Below, in pieces: positions 10,077-19,329 of a stretch of 64,000 nucleotides of DNA (position 1 is its first letter; each line of letters starts with the position of its first letter). The notes below the pieces were generated by a model. The model did no database searches. It saw only the letters and a program-made list of their open reading frames with translations, and was not told the DNA's origin. The translations under genes and the position numbers were made by a program. Origin of the DNA: a virus. The stretch covers positions 1 to 64,000 of IMG/VR virus record IMGVR_UViG_3300020048_000023; one strand, given 5' to 3'.

Positions 10077-10155
10077 GCGGGATTAGCCCCCCCAGTCTTC
10101 GGAACTGGCAAGGGTAACGGAGCTGAAAATGTAGGTTCGAATCCTATCTCCCGTA
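10077..10155 (+). tRNA. tRNA-Arg(TCG), rearranged D-arm
   Basis: CCAGT-CTTCGGA-ACTGG arm; T-arm TAGG-TTCGAAT-CCTA; no canonical D arm. Confidence 0.6.
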
Positions 10156-10179
10156 CAAGATATGCAGATGCATATAAAT

Positions 10180-10262
10180 GTCGATGTGGTGAAAGTGGTA
10201 AACACGCATCCTTGAGGTGGATGTGCTCGCAAGGCTTGCTGGTTCGAGTCCAGTCATCGATA
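10180..10262 (+). tRNA. tRNA-Leu(GAG)
   Basis: Loop TTGAGGT; long variable arm. Confidence 0.85.
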
Positions 10263-10267
10263 CAAAT

Positions 10268-10352
10268 GCGGATATGGCGAAACTGGTTAGACGCGCCATC
10301 TTCAGACGGTGGTGGGAGTAATCCCGTGCAGATTCGACTTCTGCTATCCGCA
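10268..10352 (+). tRNA. tRNA-Leu(CAG)
   Basis: Loop TTCAGAC; long variable arm. Confidence 0.85.
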
Positions 10353-10357
10353 CAAAT

Positions 10358-10438
10358 GCCCATATGGTGGAACGGTAGACACCTGCGTTTTAGGTGCGCA
10401 CGCTGAAAAGCATATCAGTTCGAGTCTGATTATGGGTA
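10358..10438 (+). tRNA. tRNA-Leu(TAG)
   Basis: Loop TTTAGGT; long variable arm. Confidence 0.85.
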
Positions 10439-10443
10439 CATAT

Positions 10444-10517
10444 TGTCGTATAGCTCAACTGAATAGAGCGTCGGATTTTGGCTCCGAAGGTTGCTGGTTT
10501 GAACCCAGCTACGACAA
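10444..10517 (+). tRNA. tRNA-Gln(TTG)
   Basis: TCGGA-TTTTGGC-TCCGA. Confidence 0.8.
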
Positions 10518-10522
10518 CAAAT

Positions 10523-10593
10523 ACTTCTCTCGTCTAACGGTAGGATAGCAGATTCTGGCTCTGTTGGTGTTGGTTCGATTCCAATGAGAAGCG
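10523..10593 (+). tRNA. tRNA-Gln(CTG)
   Basis: GCAGA-TTCTGGC-TCTGT. Confidence 0.8.
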
Positions 10594-10671
10594 CAAAAAA
10601 AAAATGTCTTATTGAATAAACTTTTGTGTTTTTGCTAATATTTATAGATATAAACGCAAATATCTATACTT

Positions 10672-11481
10672 ATGGACATAAATTACAAGAACATTTCTAC
10701 GGAAGAATTAACCAACGCGGTTATTAATTCAGACTCATTTACTGATGTATTAAAATTTATGAGTTTGAAAATAAATCCAACCACTCGACGCAATATTGAG
10801 CGTTTAGTTAAGAAAAGAGGTATATCTGTGCAGCATTTTAGCACAGTTCAACGTGTAGTTGATTATAAGAAAAGGTATGATAAAGATAAAATATTACAAG
10901 TTATACCAGAATGCCATACGTTTAAAGATATATTAATTCATTTGGACTTACTACCCATTACGTCTAATTATAACACACTTAAAAAATATTTAGACTTATG
11001 GGGCGTGGATTATACCAGATTAACTAAACGGCTCAAAGCTAAATACGATAAGGAAAACTTAATTAAAGCGATAAGCACGTCGGCTACTTACAACGAAGTA
11101 TTATCAAAATTAGATTTGCAAACGGGAAATTCTATGTATTATACAGTATTAAAACACTGCAAATCGTATGGTATAGATACTTCACATTTAAACTCGGTAA
11201 AACGTAATGAAGCTAAAAAATTAGCCGATATTTTAGTGACAGGCGCTTCTTATAGTCGCAAAGATTTAAAAAAACGCTTATACAAAGAGGGGTTAAAACA
11301 ACCTGTATGCGAATTATGCGGTCAGGATGAATGGTGGTATGGCAAAAAAATGAGTCTTATTCTTGATCATATAAACGGAATTAACAATGACAATAGGATC
11401 GAAAACCTGCGTATAGTTTGCCCTAATTGTGAAGGTACACTGGAAACTCATTGTCGTGGGTATAAGCATTTGGATAAATAA
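10672..11481 (+). CDS. HNH homing endonuclease
   Basis: CELC...LDHINGINNDNRIENLRIVCPNC. Confidence 0.85.
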   Translation: MDINYKNISTEELTNAVINSDSFTDVLKFMSLKINPTTRRNIERLVKKRGISVQHFSTVQRVVDYKKRYDKDKILQVIPECHTFKDILIHLDLLPITSNYNTLKKYLDLWGVDYTRLTKRLKAKYDKENLIKAISTSATYNEVLSKLDLQTGNSMYYTVLKHCKSYGIDTSHLNSVKRNEAKKLADILVTGASYSRKDLKKRLYKEGLKQPVCELCGQDEWWYGKKMSLILDHINGINNDNRIENLRIVCPNCEGTLETHCRGYKHLDK

Positions 11482-11757
11482 CACATTTTGTTTTTTCATA
11501 TTTTATGTGTATATTTGCTGAAAATATATAAAATGGAAGGTATTACGATAACCAACGCGGTTAAGGCTCAGTTTGACGAACGAATTGAGTTTCTAAAAAC
11601 AAGAATAGACGCTTTACATAAAGAATTTCCCCAAGTAAAAAAATCAGGGGATACGATACGTAATTTCGATTGGAAAACACAAATGCTGTGCCATAGAAAT
11701 GAATTATCTCTTAGAGAGAACATACTTGAAGGTGCAAAAATTATTGATTAGAAGCTT

Positions 11758-12093
11758 ATGAAACTGTTTTTAGCTTTTTGTTTAGTTGTGCTGTCAACTA
11801 ATATTTTTGGTCAAACTAAGGCTGTAGGGCATATATATGCCGAGGTGGTGGATCATGTATCGGTTGGCATGGAATCAAAATTAAATATTTCAGATGATCG
11901 TATTAATCTTATTAATTTAACTATTAATGATCACTCGTTATCGTATGATGTATCAATAGTTAATAGTAATAATGTTGTAACTGGGTATATTAAAAATAAT
12001 TCGGATATAGGTATTTTTTGCCCTCTTGGAGAGCTGGAGAAATTACAATCAAATGACAGCAACAAATACACTATAATCATACACTATAATTAA
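11758..12093 (+). CDS. Secreted hypothetical protein
   Basis: Signal-peptide-like N-terminus. Confidence 0.5.
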   Translation: MKLFLAFCLVVLSTNIFGQTKAVGHIYAEVVDHVSVGMESKLNISDDRINLINLTINDHSLSYDVSIVNSNNVVTGYIKNNSDIGIFCPLGELEKLQSNDSNKYTIIIHYN

Positions 12094-12100
12094 CAGACGC

Positions 12101-12796
12101 ATGAAATTCTTAATACAGACCTATGGCGGACAAGTCACTCACGACTTCAGTTTTACCCTTATAGAAGCGCTTAAATACAACAACTGGTACTCCAACACAA
12201 AAGATTTTCAGGCTATATTCACAGACGACGAAAAGCCTGATTTTATAGAAGGCATTATTCCATGTGGGTCGGTTGAGTTCGTGACTAATTATATTGGGGA
12301 AGCTTATGGAAAGCATATATTACCACGTAATATTCCGCCCGAGCTTATGGGTGAGGAATTTACCCTGCGTAAGGTTTTTAACGGCGGGTATGAAGATATC
12401 GTTGGTAAAAAATTTGTTAAATCAAATGACCGCATAAAGTTGTTCACAGAAATAGTTACTGGATACGAATCAGTTCCAGTGGGTAATTACCAAATTTCCG
12501 ATCTTATTGACATTGAAAGTGAATGGCGTGGCTTTGTATACAGGAACACGCTGGTTGGCTTGCATAACTACGGCGGGGACTTCACAAAGTTTCCTAATGT
12601 GGAAACTATTCATAAAATGATCGGGGCGTTTAAATCGTCACCAGTAGCTTATACGCTGGACGTCGGCGTTAATAATCAGGGTACGTTTGTTATAGAGGTT
12701 CACGATTTCTTTAGCTGCGGGTTGTATGGATTTGCCGAGCTCAGGATACTTCCGTTTATGTTTGCACGCTGGTTTCAGGAGTATATAAAAGATTAA
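12101..12796 (+). CDS. ATP-grasp domain protein (DUF4343/R2K-like)
   Basis: GSVEFV, FVKS, SEWR.FV, AYTLDVG, VIEVHDFFSCGLYG. Confidence 0.7.
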   Translation: MKFLIQTYGGQVTHDFSFTLIEALKYNNWYSNTKDFQAIFTDDEKPDFIEGIIPCGSVEFVTNYIGEAYGKHILPRNIPPELMGEEFTLRKVFNGGYEDIVGKKFVKSNDRIKLFTEIVTGYESVPVGNYQISDLIDIESEWRGFVYRNTLVGLHNYGGDFTKFPNVETIHKMIGAFKSSPVAYTLDVGVNNQGTFVIEVHDFFSCGLYGFAELRILPFMFARWFQEYIKD

Positions 12797-12837
12797 TTGC
12801 CGTCTATTTATCTGTATAAGAACTAATACTTGGTAAA

Positions 12838-13140
12838 ATGGATTACAGAAAATTTATGGTAAAAAACTTCGTCGGTTTAGGTGGAGTAAAGCTTGCAACA
12901 ATGGGTAAAGATGGTAAGTTTAAACCAGCCAGAACGATAAGTTGGCTGAAAGCAGGCCCGAGAATCTTCCTTGTTTTTTTACTTTATGGCATTCTAAAGC
13001 TAATAACTGGTGTTTTCCTTACCATATGGGATATTCCTATGCTCGCGTTAGTAGCATTCTGTTTATACGCGGGGTTTATTTATGCCCAAAAGTACCCTCT
13101 TGAAGAGTGGGAAAAAAACGACGTTGAAAAGAATTTATAG
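12838..13140 (+). CDS. Membrane protein
   Basis: Two hydrophobic helices. Confidence 0.5.
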   Translation: MDYRKFMVKNFVGLGGVKLATMGKDGKFKPARTISWLKAGPRIFLVFLLYGILKLITGVFLTIWDIPMLALVAFCLYAGFIYAQKYPLEEWEKNDVEKNL

Positions 13141-13427
13141 TAATATTTGGATTTTACAAATACATTGACTATATTTGCAGCCGAAAGGTAAATAGTATGC
13201 TAAATGTTGTTAATGTAATAGACACACCGTATCTCGACATAGGCGGCGGAACGCGCATCCATCTTGGTACTTGGAATGCACCGTTAGCTAAGGTATTGTC
13301 AGATAACAGGAATTGTGATCTTTACGTTTACAGACCAACGTTACATAGCCCGTATATTAGGGGTGTAGCGGTAACAAAATCATTTATTAATAGAGTTAGA
13401 AGAGATTCACGTTAAAACACTAAACAT

Positions 13428-14003
13428 ATGTCAAAATTACTCGTTTACGACCTTGAAACAACAGGTAAAAAACACGAAGAAAACGCCATACACCAAATGT
13501 CTGGTATGATCATTATCAACGGAGAAAAGAAGCAGGATTTCGACTTCCGAATCCAGCCGCACCCAACCGCTATAATCAGTGATGAAGCTTTGGCTGTTTC
13601 AAATGTAACCAGAGAACAGATTATGGCTTATCCTGCCAACGTACTAGTACAAAGGCAGATTGTAGCTATGCTCGGTAAGTATGTGAACAAGTTTGATAAA
13701 CTGGATAAGTTCCACTTGCTCGGGTTCAACAACGTTAAGTTCGACGGCGACTTCCTGCGTGCATTGTGGAGCCTTTGCGGTGACACATATTACGGTTCAT
13801 GGTTTTTTGCCAATGAAATTGACGCTATGGTTCTTGCCTCAGACTACTTGCAGGATGAACGTCATAAACTGGCTAATTTCCAGCTCCGCACGGTTGCCGC
13901 ACATCTTGGCATACCAGTGGACGAAACCAAACTGCACGATGCCCAGTATGACATTTGGCTGACATATGAAATCTATAAAATAGTTACACACAGGAAGGTA
14001 TGA
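13428..14003 (+). CDS. DEDDh 3'-5' exonuclease (DnaQ-like)
   Basis: DLETTG...FNNVKFD...HDAQYD. Confidence 0.85.
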   Translation: MSKLLVYDLETTGKKHEENAIHQMSGMIIINGEKKQDFDFRIQPHPTAIISDEALAVSNVTREQIMAYPANVLVQRQIVAMLGKYVNKFDKLDKFHLLGFNNVKFDGDFLRALWSLCGDTYYGSWFFANEIDAMVLASDYLQDERHKLANFQLRTVAAHLGIPVDETKLHDAQYDIWLTYEIYKIVTHRKV

Positions 14004-14413
14004 TAACTCTAAACCTTAAAAAGGTCTATTTTACCACGCACACCGTAGAAGACCCGTATAGATACGTTGACAGCTACGGTATACCCGCCACGATATCTGG
14101 TGTTGTATCCCACGATTGCGAAGAACAGAAATTTGACCACGTAGGCGATAATGAACAGATTATTGTTACCGTGGATAAGATACCGTTCATCAAATTTGAA
14201 ATCATTTACGCCCCGTTAACCGACAGGTATCTTTTAAGCTCAGTCAGCCCGATCTCGCTGAGAACGTATACTGAACAGGGGTGTAAGGTTGAAAAATGGG
14301 GTGATTATGACAGTGTAGGCAAATGTGTTGATAAATGCATTTCAGTTGTAGCTGGGTTCATCAACGGTATGGGTAAGGAAGAAGTAAACGACGGAAACTA
14401 CTATAAAGACTAA
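14000..14413 (+). CDS. Hypothetical protein
   Basis: ORF in operon. Confidence 0.5.
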   Translation: MITLNLKKVYFTTHTVEDPYRYVDSYGIPATISGVVSHDCEEQKFDHVGDNEQIIVTVDKIPFIKFEIIYAPLTDRYLLSSVSPISLRTYTEQGCKVEKWGDYDSVGKCVDKCISVVAGFINGMGKEEVNDGNYYKD

Positions 14414-14417
14414 CACA

Positions 14418-15089
14418 ATGGGAAAAGTTAAAAAATCACACGGAAATATGTATGAATGGGTAACCCACATGTGGTCGCCGTCAGTAGGATGCCCTCACCA
14501 GTGCATCTATTGTTACATTACGGCTCACAAGGAATTACCAGAAACCGTGACTATGGAATTACCGTTTCCGCACCTTGGAACTGGTAGAACCATATTCGTC
14601 GGATTTGAGTGTGATCTATTTGCCGAAGGTGTGTCTTCAGAAGACATTAGCAGCGTTCTGACGCACTGTAGGTCGTTTGACAACAACTACGTCTTTCAGT
14701 CTAAAAACCCTGCCAGAATCGCTGATTTTAGCTCTGAGCTACCAGCTAATAGTCTTATAGGTACAACCATTGAAACAAACCGTGGCGGTCTTATTAGCGC
14801 CATATCAAAAGCCCCTTCCCCTTGGAAACGTGCTCACGGTCTTCGGTCTGTTAAAGAACTCGGGTTCAAAACATTTGTGACCGTAGAGCCTATTTTGGCT
14901 TGCGATCCATATTTACTACGTAATATGATAGCTACGTGTCAACCAGAGTTCGTTAATATAGGCGCTGACAGCAAAGACAGAGCCTTGAAAGAACCAAGCA
15001 AAGAAGCCGTTTTGGAATTAATTGAGTTCATACAGGCTGATGGTATTGAAATCAGGAATAAAAGCAACTTAGCAAGATTATTAACCTAA
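14418..15089 (+). CDS. Radical-SAM-like protein (DUF5131/gp37-gp68-like)
   Basis: W.P.VGCPHQCIYCY; DLF; QSKNP; VEPI. Confidence 0.7.
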   Translation: MGKVKKSHGNMYEWVTHMWSPSVGCPHQCIYCYITAHKELPETVTMELPFPHLGTGRTIFVGFECDLFAEGVSSEDISSVLTHCRSFDNNYVFQSKNPARIADFSSELPANSLIGTTIETNRGGLISAISKAPSPWKRAHGLRSVKELGFKTFVTVEPILACDPYLLRNMIATCQPEFVNIGADSKDRALKEPSKEAVLELIEFIQADGIEIRNKSNLARLLT

Positions 15090-15099
15090 ATATAGCACT

Positions 15100-15435
15100 A
15101 TGGGACAACTTGAACCAAAAGATATGAAGTTCGGCTTAATTGCCGTTGACCGTCGTGAGCTAGACTCCGACCCTAATTCCGAAGCGGTAATACTCCATTT
15201 CTGTGGATACGGTAGCAAACCAACACAACAGGACATTGACCTGTTCTTTAATACTATGGCTACCACCCCAGAATTCGGTGTAATGGACATAATGGAGCAC
15301 ATTGATGTGTATGAAGCCGAAGACAGTATTATCGAACAGTATAGAAACGACCTATTAAACGGAACAATAACCGAAATAAAATTGGAAGACGATGGAAAAA
15401 CTGTTTCTGGTTCTGACGCTGGCGGTACTATGTGA
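15100..15435 (+). CDS. Hypothetical protein
   Basis: ORF in operon. Confidence 0.5.
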   Translation: MGQLEPKDMKFGLIAVDRRELDSDPNSEAVILHFCGYGSKPTQQDIDLFFNTMATTPEFGVMDIMEHIDVYEAEDSIIEQYRNDLLNGTITEIKLEDDGKTVSGSDAGGTM

Positions 15436-15651
15436 GTACTTTTTACGCCCGAGGCTGGACTACGTGGTTGACACAATAAATAATGAAGGTTGGATTGTCT
15501 TATGGTACGGTAAAGGTAGCAGCAGGCAATACACCAAACTTTTTAAGTACACACCCCAAAATTAATTAAAAAAAGTTTGATTTTTTTATCACTGATAATC
15601 AAACACTTAACGAAAATATGAAAAATATTTTCACTTTTTTTTCAAAAATGT

Positions 15652-15682
15652 TTTGCTAATTCGAAAATTATGCATACATTTG
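15652..15682 (+). promoter_or_regulatory. Bacteroidota sigma-70 promoter for leader 2
   Basis: TTTG-N19-TACATTTG. Confidence 0.75.
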
Positions 15683-15726
15683 CAGAACAATTTCAGAAAC
15701 GAAACTATATATAACAAAACGAAGTA

Positions 15727-15849
15727 ATGGAAAACTTGATTTTAGACATAAGCAAAACGAGCCAATTTTATTGGGGCGTGCCAACAACCAATCCAACCAC
15801 AGACGGTGACGGATCAGGAAGGGGTATACTATGTCGAAAGCAAAGTTAA
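15727..15849 (+). CDS. Putative attenuator leader peptide 2 MENLILDISKTSQFYWGVPTTNPTTDGDGSGRGILCRKQS
   Basis: Manual translation; Y/W/G/P/T/D core; terminator follows. Confidence 0.75.
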   Translation: MENLILDISKTSQFYWGVPTTNPTTDGDGSGRGILCRKQS

Positions 15850-15870
15850 CATTTGCGCTAAAATATAGGA

Positions 15871-15907
15871 AAGCCCCGATCTGAAAACAGTTCGGGGTTT
15901 TTTTTTT
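15871..15907 (+). terminator. Intrinsic terminator (attenuator 2)
   Basis: AAGCCCCGATCTG-AAAA-CAGTTCGGGGTTT plus T-tract. Confidence 0.85.
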
Positions 15908-15936
15908 GAAAGTTCTTTGACATTTTGTAATTAGAA

Positions 15937-16713
15937 TTATGAGCCAATCTTAACTGACGCCCATTTTTTACCGTGTAGTATGTCCGATATTATGGACTCG
16001 GAAATAGCATATTTTTTAGCAATATCTTTTTGAAAAAAGTTACGAGTAGCTAAATCACGTTTTATTTCGGCTACGGTATCTGGTGTTAGTTTTTTAACGG
16101 CGTTTCCGCTGGCATAAGTATGCTGGGCGTTTGATCTACGGGTTAAGAATTCTAAATTAGAAGACCTATTATCGGTTTTAATACCGTTAATATGATTAAC
16201 TTCTAAAGTAGGCTCCCAAGACTCTTTTTTGAACGTGATAGCGACTAAACGATGAACTCGAAAGTTTTTACGTTTACGATCATCGCCAGTTAAAGCAAGA
16301 ACAAGGTATGATTGATTGAAATTTTGACGTATCACTTTACCTGTATCATTTTGTTTAACACGACCATAGTTGGAAACAGAATATTTGGAATACCCAGCGA
16401 TAGTCAACCACTCTTCGCCTTTTAATGATTCTCCGTTTAGATTTTTGTAAAAATTTCTGGCGTAGTTATTGTAATCGTTATCAATTTTAAGTTGGTGTGA
16501 TTGGTTAAAATCAACAACAATACGTTCATTAGGTATAAAACCATCTAAATTTCCGTTTTTAACGTCGTCATAATGATCAACGCTTTCAATGTATGGTGAG
16601 CCAAAATTATTACCAATGTAAATGAACTTATCATTCCACCATTGTGCGATTTTTGTTCTACGTGAGGCGCCTAAATAATAGTCGCCATTCACTAACTCTT
16701 GTTTTTTTATCAT
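15937..16713 (-). CDS. NUMOD4/HNH homing endonuclease
   Basis: EEW..I.GY.KYSVSNYGRV; VHRLVA; VNHINGIKTDNRSSNLE. Confidence 0.85.
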   Translation of the reverse strand: MIKKQELVNGDYYLGASRRTKIAQWWNDKFIYIGNNFGSPYIESVDHYDDVKNGNLDGFIPNERIVVDFNQSHQLKIDNDYNNYARNFYKNLNGESLKGEEWLTIAGYSKYSVSNYGRVKQNDTGKVIRQNFNQSYLVLALTGDDRKRKNFRVHRLVAITFKKESWEPTLEVNHINGIKTDNRSSNLEFLTRRSNAQHTYASGNAVKKLTPDTVAEIKRDLATRNFFQKDIAKKYAISESIISDILHGKKWASVKIGS

Positions 16714-17125
16714 AATTCTTTTTATATAAATATGTCGATAGAGAATAAAAGTACGTACATTGCGAATAAAATAAACAGTTCTTAAAAATATTGAAGATTG
16801 AACGTTCGAGAAACGAAGTTGGTAATCGTAGGAATGTAGGATTTATAGTGTCCATCATTTAGAGAGTAACTAACGGCGAGTCTACTGTGACAGGTTGTAT
16901 GATCATCTTTAGCTATCACGGCTAAGCGTGAGTACAGAAAATACAGAATGGCAGATCAGCGGTTTTTGGTGTAACAACACACCTACGCGGCGGAGTTTCG
17001 AGGATAACCCAGATAGAGGAAGGTGATTCAGCCAAAGGTAAACTTCAGAGCTTCGCGAGCTCTGGCATCAAAGTTCTGCGCGGAATGATGATGTTGCTTT
17101 TTCGAACAGGGCTCTGGGTTCTAAT

Positions 17126-17233
17126 GCGGTGATAGTATAATGGTAGTGCGCCTAACCAAATGCAATAGCCATCCGTTTGAAGGGTGGTGAGGCAAAGTAG
17201 TCGGGAAGTAGGGTTCGATTCCCAGATACCGCT
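17126..17233 (+). ncRNA. tRNA-Gly-like RNA with anticodon loop replaced by a long hairpin
   Basis: GCGGT...ACCGC ends, D-arm-like segment, GGGTTCGATTCCC T-arm; no 7-nt anticodon loop. Confidence 0.5.
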
Positions 17234-17242
17234 CAAATTAAT

Positions 17243-17316
17243 GCGAGGATAGCTCAGTTGGTAGAGTGCCCGCCAGTGGGGTGGGAAGGTCATTGGTTCG
17301 AATCCAATTCCCTGCA
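17243..17316 (+). tRNA. tRNA-like gene, possible His(GTG) with non-canonical loop
   Basis: Canonical D and T arms; CCCGC-CAGTGGG-GTGGG (A33). Confidence 0.5.
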
Positions 17317-17770
17317 CAGAATGTTGTTCTTTGAAAGTGTTTTACGCTGGATTGTAACAAATCTATGCTTAATTTGTTACAAGTTTTGTCGCAAATATAG
17401 CATATATTAGTGACAAGAAAATTAACCAAACTCACGCCAGTAATGGCTTGTAGGCGATTAATTCGCCAAAGGGGGTCGGCTAAATCCAGAGGAAATTAGA
17501 GCCATCATTGCTAATGGTCGGAGCCTTCGGGCGCTTGACGACCTTGATGAAACCCAAAACAGTTTAGACGGTTAGCAAGTCTACGACAACGAGGTAGGGG
17601 ATCAGACAGATGTAAGACGAGAAACAAAAGCCTAATTACGAAACATCGAACGACAAGTTCATTGACATATTGGAAGCCAAAAATAGTACCCAGCACCGTG
17701 AGGTAGCTGGATGATGTTTTATGTGCGGATGGTCAGGTTCATCCTGACTATCTTCACACGAAACATAAAT

Positions 17771-17854
17771 GGGTAGGTGGGTGAGTGGTTAATACCGCCA
17801 GTCTGTAAAACTGGTCGCCTTCGGCGTTCGCTGGTTCGAATCCAGCTCTACCCA
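17771..17854 (+). tRNA. tRNA-Tyr(GTA)
   Basis: CCAGT-CTGTAAA-ACTGG; long variable arm. Confidence 0.9.
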
Positions 17855-17888
17855 CAATTTTTTAATTTTTGCGTAGTATTTATGGTAT

Positions 17889-18539
17889 ATGAACCTAAAC
17901 GAAGAGCTTCAGCGCATCAAAGAGATAATGCAAGTGGATGAAATGGCTTATCCCGCCAACTTCAGCTTTGAAGAGTATGGTAATATAAGATCATTCGCTG
18001 GTAAGCTTAGATACGCTCAGGAACGCTTACTCGGTAAGGTTGGCGCTGGCTCAGGTAGAGCCGTATTTCGTGTTGACGACGAAAAGGTGCTAAAAGTAGC
18101 TATGAATGCTAAAGGCGTTGCTCAGAACGAGGCGGAATCCGATTGGGGCGCCCAAGGTTACGATGTTATTGCTAAGGTTTTCGACTCCGACAAAGATGAT
18201 GCTTGGGTTGAAATGGAACTTGCCAAAAAAGTTAATCCGAATAGATTCAAACAGTTAACGGGTGTTAGCTTGGAAGAGGTGGTAACTTGGCTTGGATACA
18301 TTACGGGAAAAGTACTTTACAGACCGCACCAAACGGTACCGAATGATTTGGGTGAAAATGAATTTGCCGAAGATTTAAGAAGCTTTGCTGCGGATTATAA
18401 TTACCCAGTACCAGGTGATTTCGGTAAGATTAATTCTTACGGTGAAGTACTTAGAAACGGTCAGCCTCGAATCGTTTTAGTTGATTTTGGGTTCAATGAT
18501 GCCACGTCTGATATACTAATTCAAACAAAAATTTATTAA
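17889..18539 (+). CDS. Protein-kinase-like fold protein with LNEELxRI leader
   Basis: GAGSGRAVF..VLKVA...N..E...DF...N.Y...VLVDFG. Confidence 0.6.
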   Translation: MNLNEELQRIKEIMQVDEMAYPANFSFEEYGNIRSFAGKLRYAQERLLGKVGAGSGRAVFRVDDEKVLKVAMNAKGVAQNEAESDWGAQGYDVIAKVFDSDKDDAWVEMELAKKVNPNRFKQLTGVSLEEVVTWLGYITGKVLYRPHQTVPNDLGENEFAEDLRSFAADYNYPVPGDFGKINSYGEVLRNGQPRIVLVDFGFNDATSDILIQTKIY

Positions 18540-18541
18540 CT

Positions 18542-18624
18542 GCCGATTTGGGACAGCGCTCGACTCCGCCCGCCTTGTAAGCGGGACGCTAACGCGCACA
18601 CTGGTTGGAATCCAGTAATCGGCT
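18542..18624 (+). tRNA. tRNA-Thr(TGT), atypical long variable region
   Basis: GCCGATT/AATCGGC acceptor; CCCGC-CTTGTAA-GCGGG. Confidence 0.6.
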
Positions 18625-18628
18625 CAAA

Positions 18629-18702
18629 GGGCGTCTGGTCGCAGGTTCGAGTCCTGCCCCGCACCTTCGGGTGAGGGTAGCTCAGTTGGATAGAGCACGC
18701 CC
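18629..18702 (+). ncRNA. Circularly permuted tRNA-like RNA (YrlA-type topology)
   Basis: GGGCGT-[T arm]-[acceptor closed by TTCG]-[D arm]-ACGCCC. Confidence 0.7.
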
Positions 18703-18719
18703 ATCGTATTTAATGTCAG

Positions 18720-18794
18720 GGGCTCAGGGACTGCTTGGGTGGTTGTCTGACTGTCACTCAGAATATCAGACGGGTTCGAATCCCGTTGGGCCCG
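18720..18794 (+). tRNA. tRNA-Asp(GTC)
   Basis: TCTGA-CTGTCAC-TCAGA; G73. Confidence 0.75.
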
Positions 18795-18960
18795 CTAAAG
18801 AATGAAAATGATCGCCTTGGACGGGCTTTGACTATGTGGCGTGCGCACAAAGCATAGTATGGCACCAGAAGATAGGGAGTAATTACCCGAAAATATGGAA
18901 AATAGGAATCATCCTGTTTGGAAGACTCGACTTCTTCATCACTTTCATTCTTTTTTACAC

Positions 18961-19036
18961 GGTTTATTGAGCCCCACGGCGTGGGAACTTGACTGTCACT
19001 CAAGTAGAACGAAGGGTTCGATCCCCTTATAGACCG
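18961..19036 (+). tRNA. tRNA-Asp(GTC)
   Basis: CTTGA-CTGTCAC-TCAAG; G73. Confidence 0.75.
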
Positions 19037-19045
19037 CTAAACTTT

Positions 19046-19216
19046 TGCGATGTAGAGCAAAGGGTCAATTTGGTTGAAGTTGTTTTATATGTTGCAGGTG
19101 AACGTATCAAGATGTACATTAGATACGGAATCCTAACACAGAAGTTAGCAATGGACAAGTTGCACAGCTCGCTGGGGCGCACCCAGAGGTTGAAGGTTCG
19201 AGTCCTTTCATCGCGA
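19046..19216 (+). ncRNA. Initiator-tRNA-like RNA with 108-nt D-loop insertion and 5-nt anticodon loop
   Basis: TGCGATG/CATCGCG; GAGC..GCTC D stem; CTGGG-GCGCA-CCCAG; T arm. Confidence 0.55.
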
Positions 19217-19221
19217 CAAAT

Positions 19222-19329
19222 GGCAATGTAGGCATAAAGTCTGAGCTTAAAGCGGAAGACGTCAGGGGGTCACCATCCCTTGATAGGAATAATGCCGTGG
19301 TTATCTGGGTTCGAGTCCCTTCAATGCCG
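19222..19329 (+). ncRNA. tRNA-like RNA (acceptor plus T arm, aberrant middle)
   Basis: GGCA..TGCC ends; GGGTTCGAGTCCC. Confidence 0.4.

Noticed and set aside
9885-10548. ORF-track ORFs over tRNA cluster 1 (likewise 17045-17435, 18605-19231, 38257-38666, 39313-39558, 40491-40688)
   Set aside because: Spurious readings of tRNA or ncRNA sequence
16790-17765. tmRNA, RNase P or ribozyme assignment
   Set aside because: No diagnostic ends or catalytic cores recognised by eye; kept only as unassigned ncRNA candidates
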